In this document: piece after piece, positions 8,961 to 16,548 of the stretch | Numbering within the stretch: the first letter of the stretch is position 1 | Layout: every line of letters begins with the position of its first letter | Virus record (IMG/VR): IMGVR_UViG_3300048848_000066 | Location: 1-37,821 of that record | From: a virus | Taxonomy: Duplodnaviria; Caudoviricetes | Strand: one strand, 5' to 3' | Length of the DNA: 37,821 bases | Notes under the pieces: generated by a model | What the model saw: the letters and a program-made list of their open reading frames with translations, nothing else | What the model was told of the DNA's origin: nothing | The model's database searches: none | Program-made: the position numbers and the translations under genes

Positions 8961-10246
8961 CCAAAATTCATTACACCGACGGCCCGCTCACGCTCTGGCA
9001 TGGCCGCTCCGAGCTGGTACTGCGGGAGCTCGAAGACAACTCGATCGATGCCGTAATCACAGACCCGCCCTACGAGCTCGGGTTCATGGGCAAGGGCTGG
9101 GACTCCACCGGGATCGCCTACTCGGTCGAGCTCTGGACCGAGGTGTTCCGCGTTATGAAGCCCGGCGCGCACCTGCTCGCCTTCGGTGCCTCGCGCACCT
9201 GGCACCGCCTCGCCGTGGCGATCGAGGACTCGGGCTTTCAGATCCGCGACGGCATCATGTGGATTTACGGCACGGGCTTTCCGAAGAGCCTCGACGTGTC
9301 CGACGCCATGGAGAAGTGGAAGGCGGGCGAACGCCCGGTCGCCGCTTCGCTCGACTCGTTGTATGCCGTGACCGGCTTCCTGAAGGCCGCACGCGACAAG
9401 GCCGGGTGGACGAACAAACGGATCGACGCGAAGTTCGGAACCAACGGCATGGCCGGGCACTGGACCTCGCTCGCCTCGCAGCCTGCGGTGCCCTCGGTTC
9501 GGCAGTGGGCCGAGCTGAAGACCGCCCTCGGGTTCGGCGACGAGCTCGACGCCCTGGTCGCCGAGCTCGGGAGCAACGAGCGCCCCGAGGATTGGGGCGA
9601 GGGTGAAGGCAACGCCGGGCAGTTCCTCGCGAGCCTGGCGGCTGACCCGAACGCCGAGAAGGCGGGCGCATGGGGCACTGCTCTAAAGCCCGGTTTCGAA
9701 CCGATCGTCGTTGCCCGCAAACCTCTGGTCGGCACCGTCGCGGCGAATATCGCCATGTACGGAACCGGGGCGCTCAACCTCGAAGCGACGCGCACCAAGG
9801 GCGTCAAGGTGGTAGAGGGCGACCGGGGCCGCTGGCCGCTGAATGTGGTGGTTGACGAGATCCAAGCCGCCGAGATCAACCGGCAGTCGAAGGGCGCGGC
9901 GTCGATCTTTCCGAAGTTCGACCATGACGCCGAGCTCTTACAGTTCCCCCTGTTCCGGTACGAATCGAAGGCACCGACCAAAGAGCGCCCAACCGTGGAT
10001 GACGTGCAGCACGCGACGGTCAAGCCGCTGGCCCTCATGCGCTGGCTTGCGCGACTCATCACCCCGCCCGGGGGCCGCGTGCTCGACCTGTTCGCGGGCT
10101 CGGGCACGACCGGCGAGGCCTGCCTAGTGGAGGGCTTCGACTGCACCCTGATCGAGATGGAAGCGGTTCACCTTCCGCTCATCATGAAGCGCATGAGGAA
10201 GCCCCTCCAGCAGTCACTCTTCGCCGATTTCGAAGAGGCCGCGTGA
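8957..10246 (+). CDS. DNA methyltransferase (N6A/N4C, beta-type motif order) with an internal HTH-like insert
   Basis: Catalytic TDPPY near the N-terminus; HATVKP and VLDLFAGSGTTG near the C-terminus; AAGGAGG Shine-Dalgarno. Confidence 0.9.
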   Translation: MTKIHYTDGPLTLWHGRSELVLRELEDNSIDAVITDPPYELGFMGKGWDSTGIAYSVELWTEVFRVMKPGAHLLAFGASRTWHRLAVAIEDSGFQIRDGIMWIYGTGFPKSLDVSDAMEKWKAGERPVAASLDSLYAVTGFLKAARDKAGWTNKRIDAKFGTNGMAGHWTSLASQPAVPSVRQWAELKTALGFGDELDALVAELGSNERPEDWGEGEGNAGQFLASLAADPNAEKAGAWGTALKPGFEPIVVARKPLVGTVAANIAMYGTGALNLEATRTKGVKVVEGDRGRWPLNVVVDEIQAAEINRQSKGAASIFPKFDHDAELLQFPLFRYESKAPTKERPTVDDVQHATVKPLALMRWLARLITPPGGRVLDLFAGSGTTGEACLVEGFDCTLIEMEAVHLPLIMKRMRKPLQQSLFADFEEAA

Positions 10247-11190
10247 CCCGATTTATTCCGCCCCTCGCCATGACTTACGTGGCGTACTGGCACACCGAAG
10301 GCGTACTGAAGGTGGGGCGCGCCTGGCGCGCGTCCCGTCTTCAGTCGCTCGCGGCGAGCGGTGCCGAAATCCTCTGGGTCGAGCGCGACACCCCGGCGAT
10401 ATGGGAGCGGGCCGCACTGGCCGAGCTCCACGGCGAGTTTCACCCGGCGTTCACGAGCGCCGAGCAGAGCGAGGCCGTGTTGCCCCATGGGCGCGGCTGG
10501 ACCGAGTGCTTTGTCGTCGCGCTCGAAGACCTCGCGCACGCAATCAGGACCATCATTCGAGGGATAGCACGGTATGGCGATACTCAAACAGCGGGCACTT
10601 CCGCCCAGCCAATTCACGGACGAGGCCTTCCTCGAACTTCCGGCACTCGTGCGAATGACGGCGACCGGGCTTCGCATGTACGCCGACGACCGGGGCCGAG
10701 CGTCGGCGCACCCGGGCCTGATAGCGCGGGAGCTGTACCCGCTGGACCCCGAGCCGACGGCCTCGCAGATCGAAGAGCACCTGCTCGAGCTGGCAGTGGT
10801 CGGCTTCCTGGATCTCTACGAAGCCGGTGGGCGGACTTACTTCTCGATCATCGAGTGGCCCGCAGTCGATCGAGCGAAGCCGTCGAAGATCCCGCCGCCG
10901 CCGCCGCGCGACCCTCGCCCGATGCCGTCGCGCGCTCATCGAGAGGACGTCGCGGTAGAGGGGGGAGAGGGAGAGGGCGAGAGCGAGTGGGAGAGCGACC
11001 GGGGGAGAGACCGGGAGCGAGCCGAGGGCGAGAGCGCGGGGCGACCGGCTCGACCACCTCTCGACGGACTGCCACCCTCATCCTTCTGCGACAAACACCG
11101 AGACCAGGGCGGATCCGACTACCCCTGCCAACGCTGCGGCAACGCTCGGCTATACGCCAAAGAGTGGACAGCCCTACAGATCGCTCGTGA
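10243..11190 (+). CDS. GIY-YIG/T5orf172-like protein; only the first ~110 aa look folded
   Basis: TYVAYW...LKVGRAW..RLQSL...WERAAL..LH...GWTECF; the rest is a low-complexity tail overlapping rep. Confidence 0.5.
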   Translation: MTRFIPPLAMTYVAYWHTEGVLKVGRAWRASRLQSLAASGAEILWVERDTPAIWERAALAELHGEFHPAFTSAEQSEAVLPHGRGWTECFVVALEDLAHAIRTIIRGIARYGDTQTAGTSAQPIHGRGLPRTSGTRANDGDRASHVRRRPGPSVGAPGPDSAGAVPAGPRADGLADRRAPARAGSGRLPGSLRSRWADLLLDHRVARSRSSEAVEDPAAAAARPSPDAVARSSRGRRGRGGRGRGRERVGERPGERPGASRGRERGATGSTTSRRTATLILLRQTPRPGRIRLPLPTLRQRSAIRQRVDSPTDRS

Positions 11191-11230
11191 ACGGGGCACC
11201 GTCCCCCGATTCGAAGAGACCGAGGGCTAG
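10574..11230 (+). CDS. Phage replication initiator (replisome organizer-like)
   Basis: QFTDEAFLELP...GLRMYADDRGR...ELYP N-terminal domain; GEGEGE linker; C-terminal CxxH...CxxC. Confidence 0.75.
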   Translation: MAILKQRALPPSQFTDEAFLELPALVRMTATGLRMYADDRGRASAHPGLIARELYPLDPEPTASQIEEHLLELAVVGFLDLYEAGGRTYFSIIEWPAVDRAKPSKIPPPPPRDPRPMPSRAHREDVAVEGGEGEGESEWESDRGRDRERAEGESAGRPARPPLDGLPPSSFCDKHRDQGGSDYPCQRCGNARLYAKEWTALQIARERGTVPRFEETEG

Positions 11231-11233
11231 CCG

Positions 11234-11419
11234 GTGAACGTCTTCAGCTCCGACCGAGATCTCGAAGAGTTCCTGGCATCGAGGCAGACCAAGCGGGTAC
11301 AGCGCGAGCGCTTCCGGTTCGGACGCCCCGAAGACGGATACGACACCAAGACCGAAGAACTACGCGAACAAATCAGGGCCGGGCAGACGCTCGGCCACAT
11401 CGAAAGGACAGCGGCATGA
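11234..11419 (+). CDS. Hypothetical protein (61 aa)
   Basis: Fills the gap between rep and ssb; ATGA coupling to ssb. Confidence 0.55.
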   Translation: MNVFSSDRDLEEFLASRQTKRVQRERFRFGRPEDGYDTKTEELREQIRAGQTLGHIERTAA

Positions 11420-11868
11420 GTAAAGCAACTATCAGCATTGAGGGCTTCGTCGCCAACGAGGTCGGGATCCGCGACGCGAAGGGCCACCGGGTGCTCGACG
11501 TGTCGATCCCCGTAACCCCGCAGAAGCCGAAGCCCGAGGGCGGCTGGGAAGACACCGGCCCCACCGTCTGGTATCGGGCGAGCTTCTGGGATGAGCACGC
11601 CGACGCGCTGCTCGGCCTGGTCGAGAAGAGCTCCCTGGTTCACCTGCAGGGCGGCGTCAAGGTCGAGCCGTGGGAGCGCAACGGGCGCTCGGGAATCAAC
11701 CTGATTGTGACGAACCCGGTCCTGGTGCCCGTGCGCCGAAGCCGAGCCGCAGCGGTGCCCGCCGCATATGCCGCCCCGAGCGCCGAGGCGTGGCACACAG
11801 CGACGCCGGGCGTCCCGGTCGAGCCCGCGCCCCTCGACGCGGCGTTCTACGACGACACGCCGTTTTAG
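11416..11868 (+). CDS. ssb: Single-stranded DNA-binding protein
   Basis: OB-fold pattern (ISIEGFV...WEDTGPTVWYRASFW...KSSLVHLQG) and acidic DDTPF tail. Confidence 0.88.
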   Translation: MSKATISIEGFVANEVGIRDAKGHRVLDVSIPVTPQKPKPEGGWEDTGPTVWYRASFWDEHADALLGLVEKSSLVHLQGGVKVEPWERNGRSGINLIVTNPVLVPVRRSRAAAVPAAYAAPSAEAWHTATPGVPVEPAPLDAAFYDDTPF

Positions 11869-11922
11869 CCGCTCGCGGCATCCGACCAACTACCCCGCAA
11901 CACATCACGAAAGAGGCCTCAT

Positions 11923-12084
11923 ATGTTCGACTGGAATTCAATTCTCACCATCGTTTGGTTCATTCTCTGGGCCGTCGTCGTGCTCGTGGGGCTCGGCATT
12001 CTCTGGGCCGTCGTCGTCGCGATCTGGATGGCCCGGGAGTTCCGAGAGCTCGGCCCGGTCTTCCTTCGGAAGGGTCGCCGGTGA
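11923..12084 (+). CDS. Small membrane protein (53 aa)
   Basis: GAGG Shine-Dalgarno; MFDWNSILTIVWFILWAVVVLVGLGILWAVVVAIWMAREFRELGPVFLRKGRR; not in the ORF track. Confidence 0.6.
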   Translation: MFDWNSILTIVWFILWAVVVLVGLGILWAVVVAIWMAREFRELGPVFLRKGRR

Positions 12085-12176
12085 CCTGGCGGGCGGGGCT
12101 CTTCCTCGCGGTGCTCGTGCTCACGGTGTCGCTCTTCGTGCTCGGCCCCTCGCAGCCGACGGCGGCGCATGTCTGA
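12081..12176 (+). CDS. Very small membrane peptide (31 aa)
   Basis: GTGA coupling; MTWRAGLFLAVLVLTVSLFVLGPSQPTAAHV. Confidence 0.4.
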   Translation: MTWRAGLFLAVLVLTVSLFVLGPSQPTAAHV

Positions 12177-13149
12177 CCGGGTGTGCCTGCGGGGCTGCGC
12201 CGTTCGCGACATGCACTATGCGGCGTGCCCCGACTTCGGCAAGGACGGGGGCGATTGTCGCGGGTGCGTCCCCCGCGAGGCGGCGGACGGTGCCCTGATC
12301 TGCAGCCGCTGTATCTCGCGACTGAAGAGCGCGATCGCCGACGCCCCGGATCTCATGGCCCGCATTCGAAGCGAGGCCGACCCGCTGAAGGCGGCGGTCT
12401 ACGATCGCGAGCTCGTGAGCGGCGGCAACCCCGCGCACGCCCCGGCCCCCGTGTCGGCCGATTTGCTCGACGCGGGCGACGCAATCATGACGACGCTCTG
12501 GGCCACGGCCCTTCTCATCACCTGGGGCCAAGCCCCGCTCGGTCGCTACGTCGTGCAGCCCCACGCGAGCTCCGAGGGCGTCCACGCCATGGCCGAAGAG
12601 TGGGCCGAGATCATCCTGGCCGACCTGCCGAACTTCGCAAACCGGCTCGAGGTTGTGCCCTTCGCCTCGGCGGTGCTCGATCGGCCCGAGGATCCCGACG
12701 GCTGGTCAATCTCGAAGGCGCTGAGTCGGTGGCCTGTCGAAGACCGCAGCTATTGGGCCGCGCAGCCCTGCCCGGCTGACCTCGGAGGGTGCGGCCTTCG
12801 GGCGGTCAAGGTCACCCCGCCGAAGTCGCAGCACGCCCAGGCCGGTTACCGCTGCGAGAAGTGCGGCTGGCACCCGCGCAGCGACCTCGGGCGCGCCCGT
12901 GCGGCGCTGGTCTTCTCGCGGGCGGCGGGCGGGGTCACCGAAGAGCGGGCCACATGGATCCGCCGCGAAGACGCCCCGAGGGTCACGGGCAAGGACAAAC
13001 GAACGATTTACCGGTGGGAGCAGCAGGGTCTGCTCGTGTTTATCGGCGAGGGGCGCGACGCGATTTGCACCGAGGACGCCCTACTCGAAGCGGCAAGAAC
13101 GGCTAACCAACGGGTGGGCCGTCCCCGAGCAACCAAGGAGGCAGCATGA
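12169..13149 (+). CDS. Cys-rich zinc-finger protein with C-terminal HTH; candidate late-gene regulator
   Basis: CxxxC/H/C clusters at the N-terminus; CPADLGGC...CEKC ribbon; C-terminal DAPRVTGKDKRTIYRWEQQG MerR-like HTH. Confidence 0.65.
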   Translation: MSDRVCLRGCAVRDMHYAACPDFGKDGGDCRGCVPREAADGALICSRCISRLKSAIADAPDLMARIRSEADPLKAAVYDRELVSGGNPAHAPAPVSADLLDAGDAIMTTLWATALLITWGQAPLGRYVVQPHASSEGVHAMAEEWAEIILADLPNFANRLEVVPFASAVLDRPEDPDGWSISKALSRWPVEDRSYWAAQPCPADLGGCGLRAVKVTPPKSQHAQAGYRCEKCGWHPRSDLGRARAALVFSRAAGGVTEERATWIRREDAPRVTGKDKRTIYRWEQQGLLVFIGEGRDAICTEDALLEAARTANQRVGRPRATKEAA

Positions 13150-13634
13150 CGAACACGAAGACGGAAGCAACGGTCGAGATCCTGGCCGAGGTGCTGGCCG
13201 AGCGCCGCAGGCAGACCGCGAAGTGGGGCGAGCAGAACCACCCCGACGGCACAGGGGCGCAGGAGCGCCCGTTGATGCCCATTCTGCGGCTCGACTCGAT
13301 ACCCGGCGCGGCAACGGCAGACCGAACGGCGGCGGCATTCAAAGCGCAGACCGACGCGAGCGCGGGCCGGGGCGTGGTGACGTGGCGGGACATTCTGCTC
13401 GAGGAGGTCTTCGAGGCGCTGGCCGAGAGCGAGCCGACCGCACTCCGGGCCGAGCTCGTGCAGGCCGCTGCGGTTGCGGTGCAGTGGGTCGAAACGATCG
13501 ACCGCAGGGCGGCGCGTGCGGTGCGCAACCCGGACGTGGGGCCGAGGTGCCCGGCCTGCCGAATGGGGCTCCCCACGCACGAGTACGCCGACCCGCAATG
13601 CACGGCGTACAACGGCGGGAAGGTGCCCGCGTGA
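13146..13634 (+). CDS. MazG-like (all-alpha) nucleotide pyrophosphohydrolase
   Basis: ERRRQTAKWGEQNH...WRDILLEEVFEALAE...LRAELVQAAAVAVQW. Confidence 0.65.
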   Translation: MTNTKTEATVEILAEVLAERRRQTAKWGEQNHPDGTGAQERPLMPILRLDSIPGAATADRTAAAFKAQTDASAGRGVVTWRDILLEEVFEALAESEPTALRAELVQAAAVAVQWVETIDRRAARAVRNPDVGPRCPACRMGLPTHEYADPQCTAYNGGKVPA

Positions 13635-14107
13635 AGTTCTCCGACGCCTGGCCCGACCCCGAGGCCGTGACTCTCGAGCGGCTGTTCAACCTCACCGATC
13701 AAGCCGTGCCGATGGTTGTCTTCCGCGACTTCTGCCCGGCTCACCTTTCGTTCCTGGTGACTCGTGACGAGATCCTGAACCGGCCCGCGATCATTGTCTC
13801 GCCGACCATGCGCGCGAAGGTCACCGAGTGGGCTGCGACCCGTGGTCTGCATGTCGAGATCGAGCCGCCCGAGCGCACGGCCCTCTACCGGGGCGACGCT
13901 CCGTTGCTCGAAGACGCGGCGGCGGTTGACTCCACCGCCGTGCTCTCGATCCGGCTCGAGAACGTCATCCCCGGTCGCCACCTCGGCGTCCGCTACGGGC
14001 TCCCGTCGGCCCGCCAACCCGAAGACACGGTGCCCATTGTCCAGGCCGCGTTGCGTTACTTGGCGGCGGCTGCGGTCGAAGGCGTCGAGAAGGAGCTGGC
14101 CTCATGA
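13631..14107 (+). CDS. Hypothetical phage protein (158 aa)
   Basis: GTGA and ATGA coupling; MKFSDAWPDPEAV... Confidence 0.6.
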   Translation: MKFSDAWPDPEAVTLERLFNLTDQAVPMVVFRDFCPAHLSFLVTRDEILNRPAIIVSPTMRAKVTEWAATRGLHVEIEPPERTALYRGDAPLLEDAAAVDSTAVLSIRLENVIPGRHLGVRYGLPSARQPEDTVPIVQAALRYLAAAAVEGVEKELAS

Positions 14108-14409
14108 CGTGGCAGCGGGCGCAGGTTCCCGAGCCTCGCAAGGTGCCGACCGCCGAGCTCTGGGGCGGGCCGCTCGACGGAACGCGCCTGCCCGTCTTCC
14201 AGCCCGACGAGCCCCTCGTGTTCACCGGATGGGACGGTGCGAAGACCGCCGAGATAGTCGGCAGGAAGGCGCCTGTAGGGGCGAACCCGTACCCGATCAG
14301 GTATCAGGCGCGGCCCTCGGATCTGGCCCTCGTGGCCGATCTCGGCGGCATCGACGGGGCCGTGCGGTTCGACTACACACCCCTAGCCGGCGGATTGGCG
14401 GCGGCGTGA
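14104..14409 (+). CDS. Hypothetical phage protein (GGPLDG motif)
   Basis: AAGGAG Shine-Dalgarno; ELWGGPLDG. Confidence 0.62.
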   Translation: MTWQRAQVPEPRKVPTAELWGGPLDGTRLPVFQPDEPLVFTGWDGAKTAEIVGRKAPVGANPYPIRYQARPSDLALVADLGGIDGAVRFDYTPLAGGLAAA

Positions 14410-14720
14410 CCCGGGGCCGCGCCGACGAGCTCGCGCCGAGGATCGCGCGCCCCGATTCGGTGGTCACGGTTGGCCGCTTCAGGGAGGGTGGCCCGCTCGG
14501 GTATCGGGCGGCGACGAAGCCCGGCCCCGAGCTGCGGGCGACGCGAGCCGAGGCCGCACAAGACGAGGTCGATTGGCTGAACTCGCGGGACGGGATGCCC
14601 GACGAGACCTTCCTGGATCAGATTGTCGAGCTCGCGCTCGCGAAGGCAAGCGCGGTAATTTGCGCGGCTTTGGATAGTCCGACGAAGCCCGGGATAGCCC
14701 CGGATAGCGGGAGAACATAA
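14406..14720 (+). CDS. Hypothetical phage protein (104 aa)
   Basis: GTGA coupling; last gene of the early operon. Confidence 0.5.
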   Translation: MTRGRADELAPRIARPDSVVTVGRFREGGPLGYRAATKPGPELRATRAEAAQDEVDWLNSRDGMPDETFLDQIVELALAKASAVICAALDSPTKPGIAPDSGRT

Positions 14721-14774
14721 GTTCTAATCTGGCTTGACTTTCGTGTCAAACGTGTCGCATTTGAGTGCTAGGCT
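14671..14774 (+). promoter_or_regulatory. Candidate late promoter with clustered binding motifs
   Basis: Phased GATAG repeats 14671-14714; GAAC-ATAA-GTTC 14713-14724; TTGAC-N6-GTCAA 14734-14749; TGTCGC-N10-TAGGCT 14753-14774 with an extended TG. Confidence 0.6.
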
Positions 14775-14791
14775 TTGCCTGTAGCGAGAAG

Positions 14792-14828
14792 TGGCCCCGA
14801 CCTCTAGGTCTGGGGCCATTCCTCATTT
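14792..14828 (+). terminator. Hairpin with a U-rich tail just downstream of the candidate late promoter
   Basis: tggcccc-gacc-tcta-ggtc-t-ggggcca followed by ttcctcattt. Confidence 0.55.
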
Positions 14829-15038
14829 AAGGGCTTCCCCGCCGTGTGCCCACGGTTGGGGGGAACGAATGCCCGCCGTTGCTCACGATCGCCTGTCTCC
14901 ACTCACGCCCCGAAGTTCCCCGCCAATCAGACCGGACGCATACTGATCGCGCCTCTGACGTGGGTCGAACGAACTAGGCAAACCGACACGAGCGAATCCG
15001 CAACGGCGGGCCATTTACTTACCGACCGAGGAGGCCGA

Positions 15039-15263
15039 ATGTCCCTCGCCGACACCCTGAGTAGCGGCCCGCATCCTCGCCCCCGAGATCCCGGCATTGT
15101 CGGTCGATGGGTCGCGAAGCTCGACGCCGCCGATCGCGCCGCCTTCGAGCTCGCCCTGGTCGACCCGGATTGGTCAACCTCGGCGCTCTGGCGGCTCGCG
15201 AAGGCCGCAGGGCTCGCCGCGTCGCTTCCGCAGTTCAACCGATACCGAACGGATCGCCCGTGA
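15039..15263 (+). CDS. Small hypothetical protein coupled to the phosphoesterase
   Basis: GAGGAGG Shine-Dalgarno; MSLADTL...; GTGA overlap with the next gene. Confidence 0.68.
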   Translation: MSLADTLSSGPHPRPRDPGIVGRWVAKLDAADRAAFELALVDPDWSTSALWRLAKAAGLAASLPQFNRYRTDRP

Positions 15264-16390
15264 CCCTGGCCGAAGCCCTACAGCAACCCGCGCACGACGA
15301 GCCGAAGTTCAACCCGCGCACCGAGTACGACGGATCGACCGGCTATATCCAAACGCGAGGTCTTCCGCTTCCGCCGACCAATTACGACGACCTGCTGCGC
15401 GAGTTCAAGTACGACCCGCGAGAGGTTCGGATCGTCGGCGGTTCGGTCAAGCAGACGCGCTGGCAGCAAAAGGCACGCGGCGAGGATGCCGTGTGGCTGA
15501 CCGCCTACCGGTTCACGATCGCCCCAGCGGCCACCGCGTCTATGAGCGACGTTCTCGACCTCATCAAGCGCCGCCGCCCGGTGAGCATCCCCGGCCCGAG
15601 CTCGGGCCGCGTCTTCCGCTTCCTCGCGGGCGATATGCAGCTCGGCAAAATCGACGGCGACGGCACGGCGGGCACGGTCGATGCGCTGCTCGGCTCGATC
15701 GACAAGGCGGTCGCGGTCTTCAAGGGTCTGCGGCGTCGGCAGAGTATCGGGAAGGTGCATATCGCATGGCTCGGAGACTGCGGCGAGGGCAACCAATCGC
15801 AGGGCGGCGCGAACATGTGGCGCACTGAGCTGACGGTTACCGAGCAATACCGCCTGTTCCGGCGCTTGCACCTCTACGCGATCGACGCCTTCAGGCCTTA
15901 CGCCGAGATCGAATCCGACACGGTGAACGGCAACCACGACGACGTACAGCGAGGCATCCGAACCCGGCCCGACGACGGGCACGCTACCGAGTCGGCTATC
16001 GGCCTGGCCGACGCTCTCGCACTCAACCCGAGCGCCTACGGCAATGTGCGGCTGTTCGTTCCCGCGAAGGACGAGGCCTATCTGACCCGCGAAAGCGGCT
16101 CCTCAATCGTCACAATGTCGCACGGCCACCAATGGCGGCGCGGCAAGGCGTGGGAGTGGTGGGCCGGGCAGGCGCTCAACCTTCAGGCTCCCGCAGCTTC
16201 TCAGTTCCTCTTCCATGGGCACGAGCACGAGCTCAACGTTCGGTCAATCCGCGACCGCACGGTGATTTGCGTTCCCTCGCTCGAGTCGGAGTCTTCCTAC
16301 TGGCGACAGTCCCACGGCACCGTGGGGCGGCGCGGCGTCGTGATCCTCACGACTCACGGCGACCAATTCGGAGACCTTCAGGTCGTCTGA
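15260..16390 (+). CDS. Calcineurin-like metallophosphoesterase
   Basis: GDMQLGK, LGDCGEG, GNHD, HGH and GHEH motifs. Confidence 0.85.
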   Translation: MTLAEALQQPAHDEPKFNPRTEYDGSTGYIQTRGLPLPPTNYDDLLREFKYDPREVRIVGGSVKQTRWQQKARGEDAVWLTAYRFTIAPAATASMSDVLDLIKRRRPVSIPGPSSGRVFRFLAGDMQLGKIDGDGTAGTVDALLGSIDKAVAVFKGLRRRQSIGKVHIAWLGDCGEGNQSQGGANMWRTELTVTEQYRLFRRLHLYAIDAFRPYAEIESDTVNGNHDDVQRGIRTRPDDGHATESAIGLADALALNPSAYGNVRLFVPAKDEAYLTRESGSSIVTMSHGHQWRRGKAWEWWAGQALNLQAPAASQFLFHGHEHELNVRSIRDRTVICVPSLESESSYWRQSHGTVGRRGVVILTTHGDQFGDLQVV

Positions 16391-16517
16391 CCCCCAGAAT
16401 TTCGCAGCGCATCAGTCCAGTCCCCGAGCCCACGGTGGAGGGCGGCGGCGCGCGAACGGCAACCCTCGAACGCCGCAACAATCCGAGGGCGCGCGATCCC
16501 CAGCGCGTAAGAGGGGC

Positions 16518-16548
16518 AGGGCGGGAGCGCGTGTCGCGCTCCCGCCCT
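16518..16548. terminator. Perfect 14-bp-stem hairpin upstream of the endolysin
   Basis: agggcgggagcgcg-tgt-cgcgctcccgccct; only a weak U tail. Confidence 0.45.

Noticed and set aside
14734-14762. TTGACT as a canonical -35 box
   Set aside because: No good -10 box at 16-18 bp spacing (TAGGCT is 29 bp away); better read as half of a palindrome
16419-16450. Resemblance of gtccccgagccc...gtggagggcggcgg to the 3' part of a twister ribozyme
   Set aside because: The upstream UAA cleavage loop and matching P2/P4 pairings could not be found
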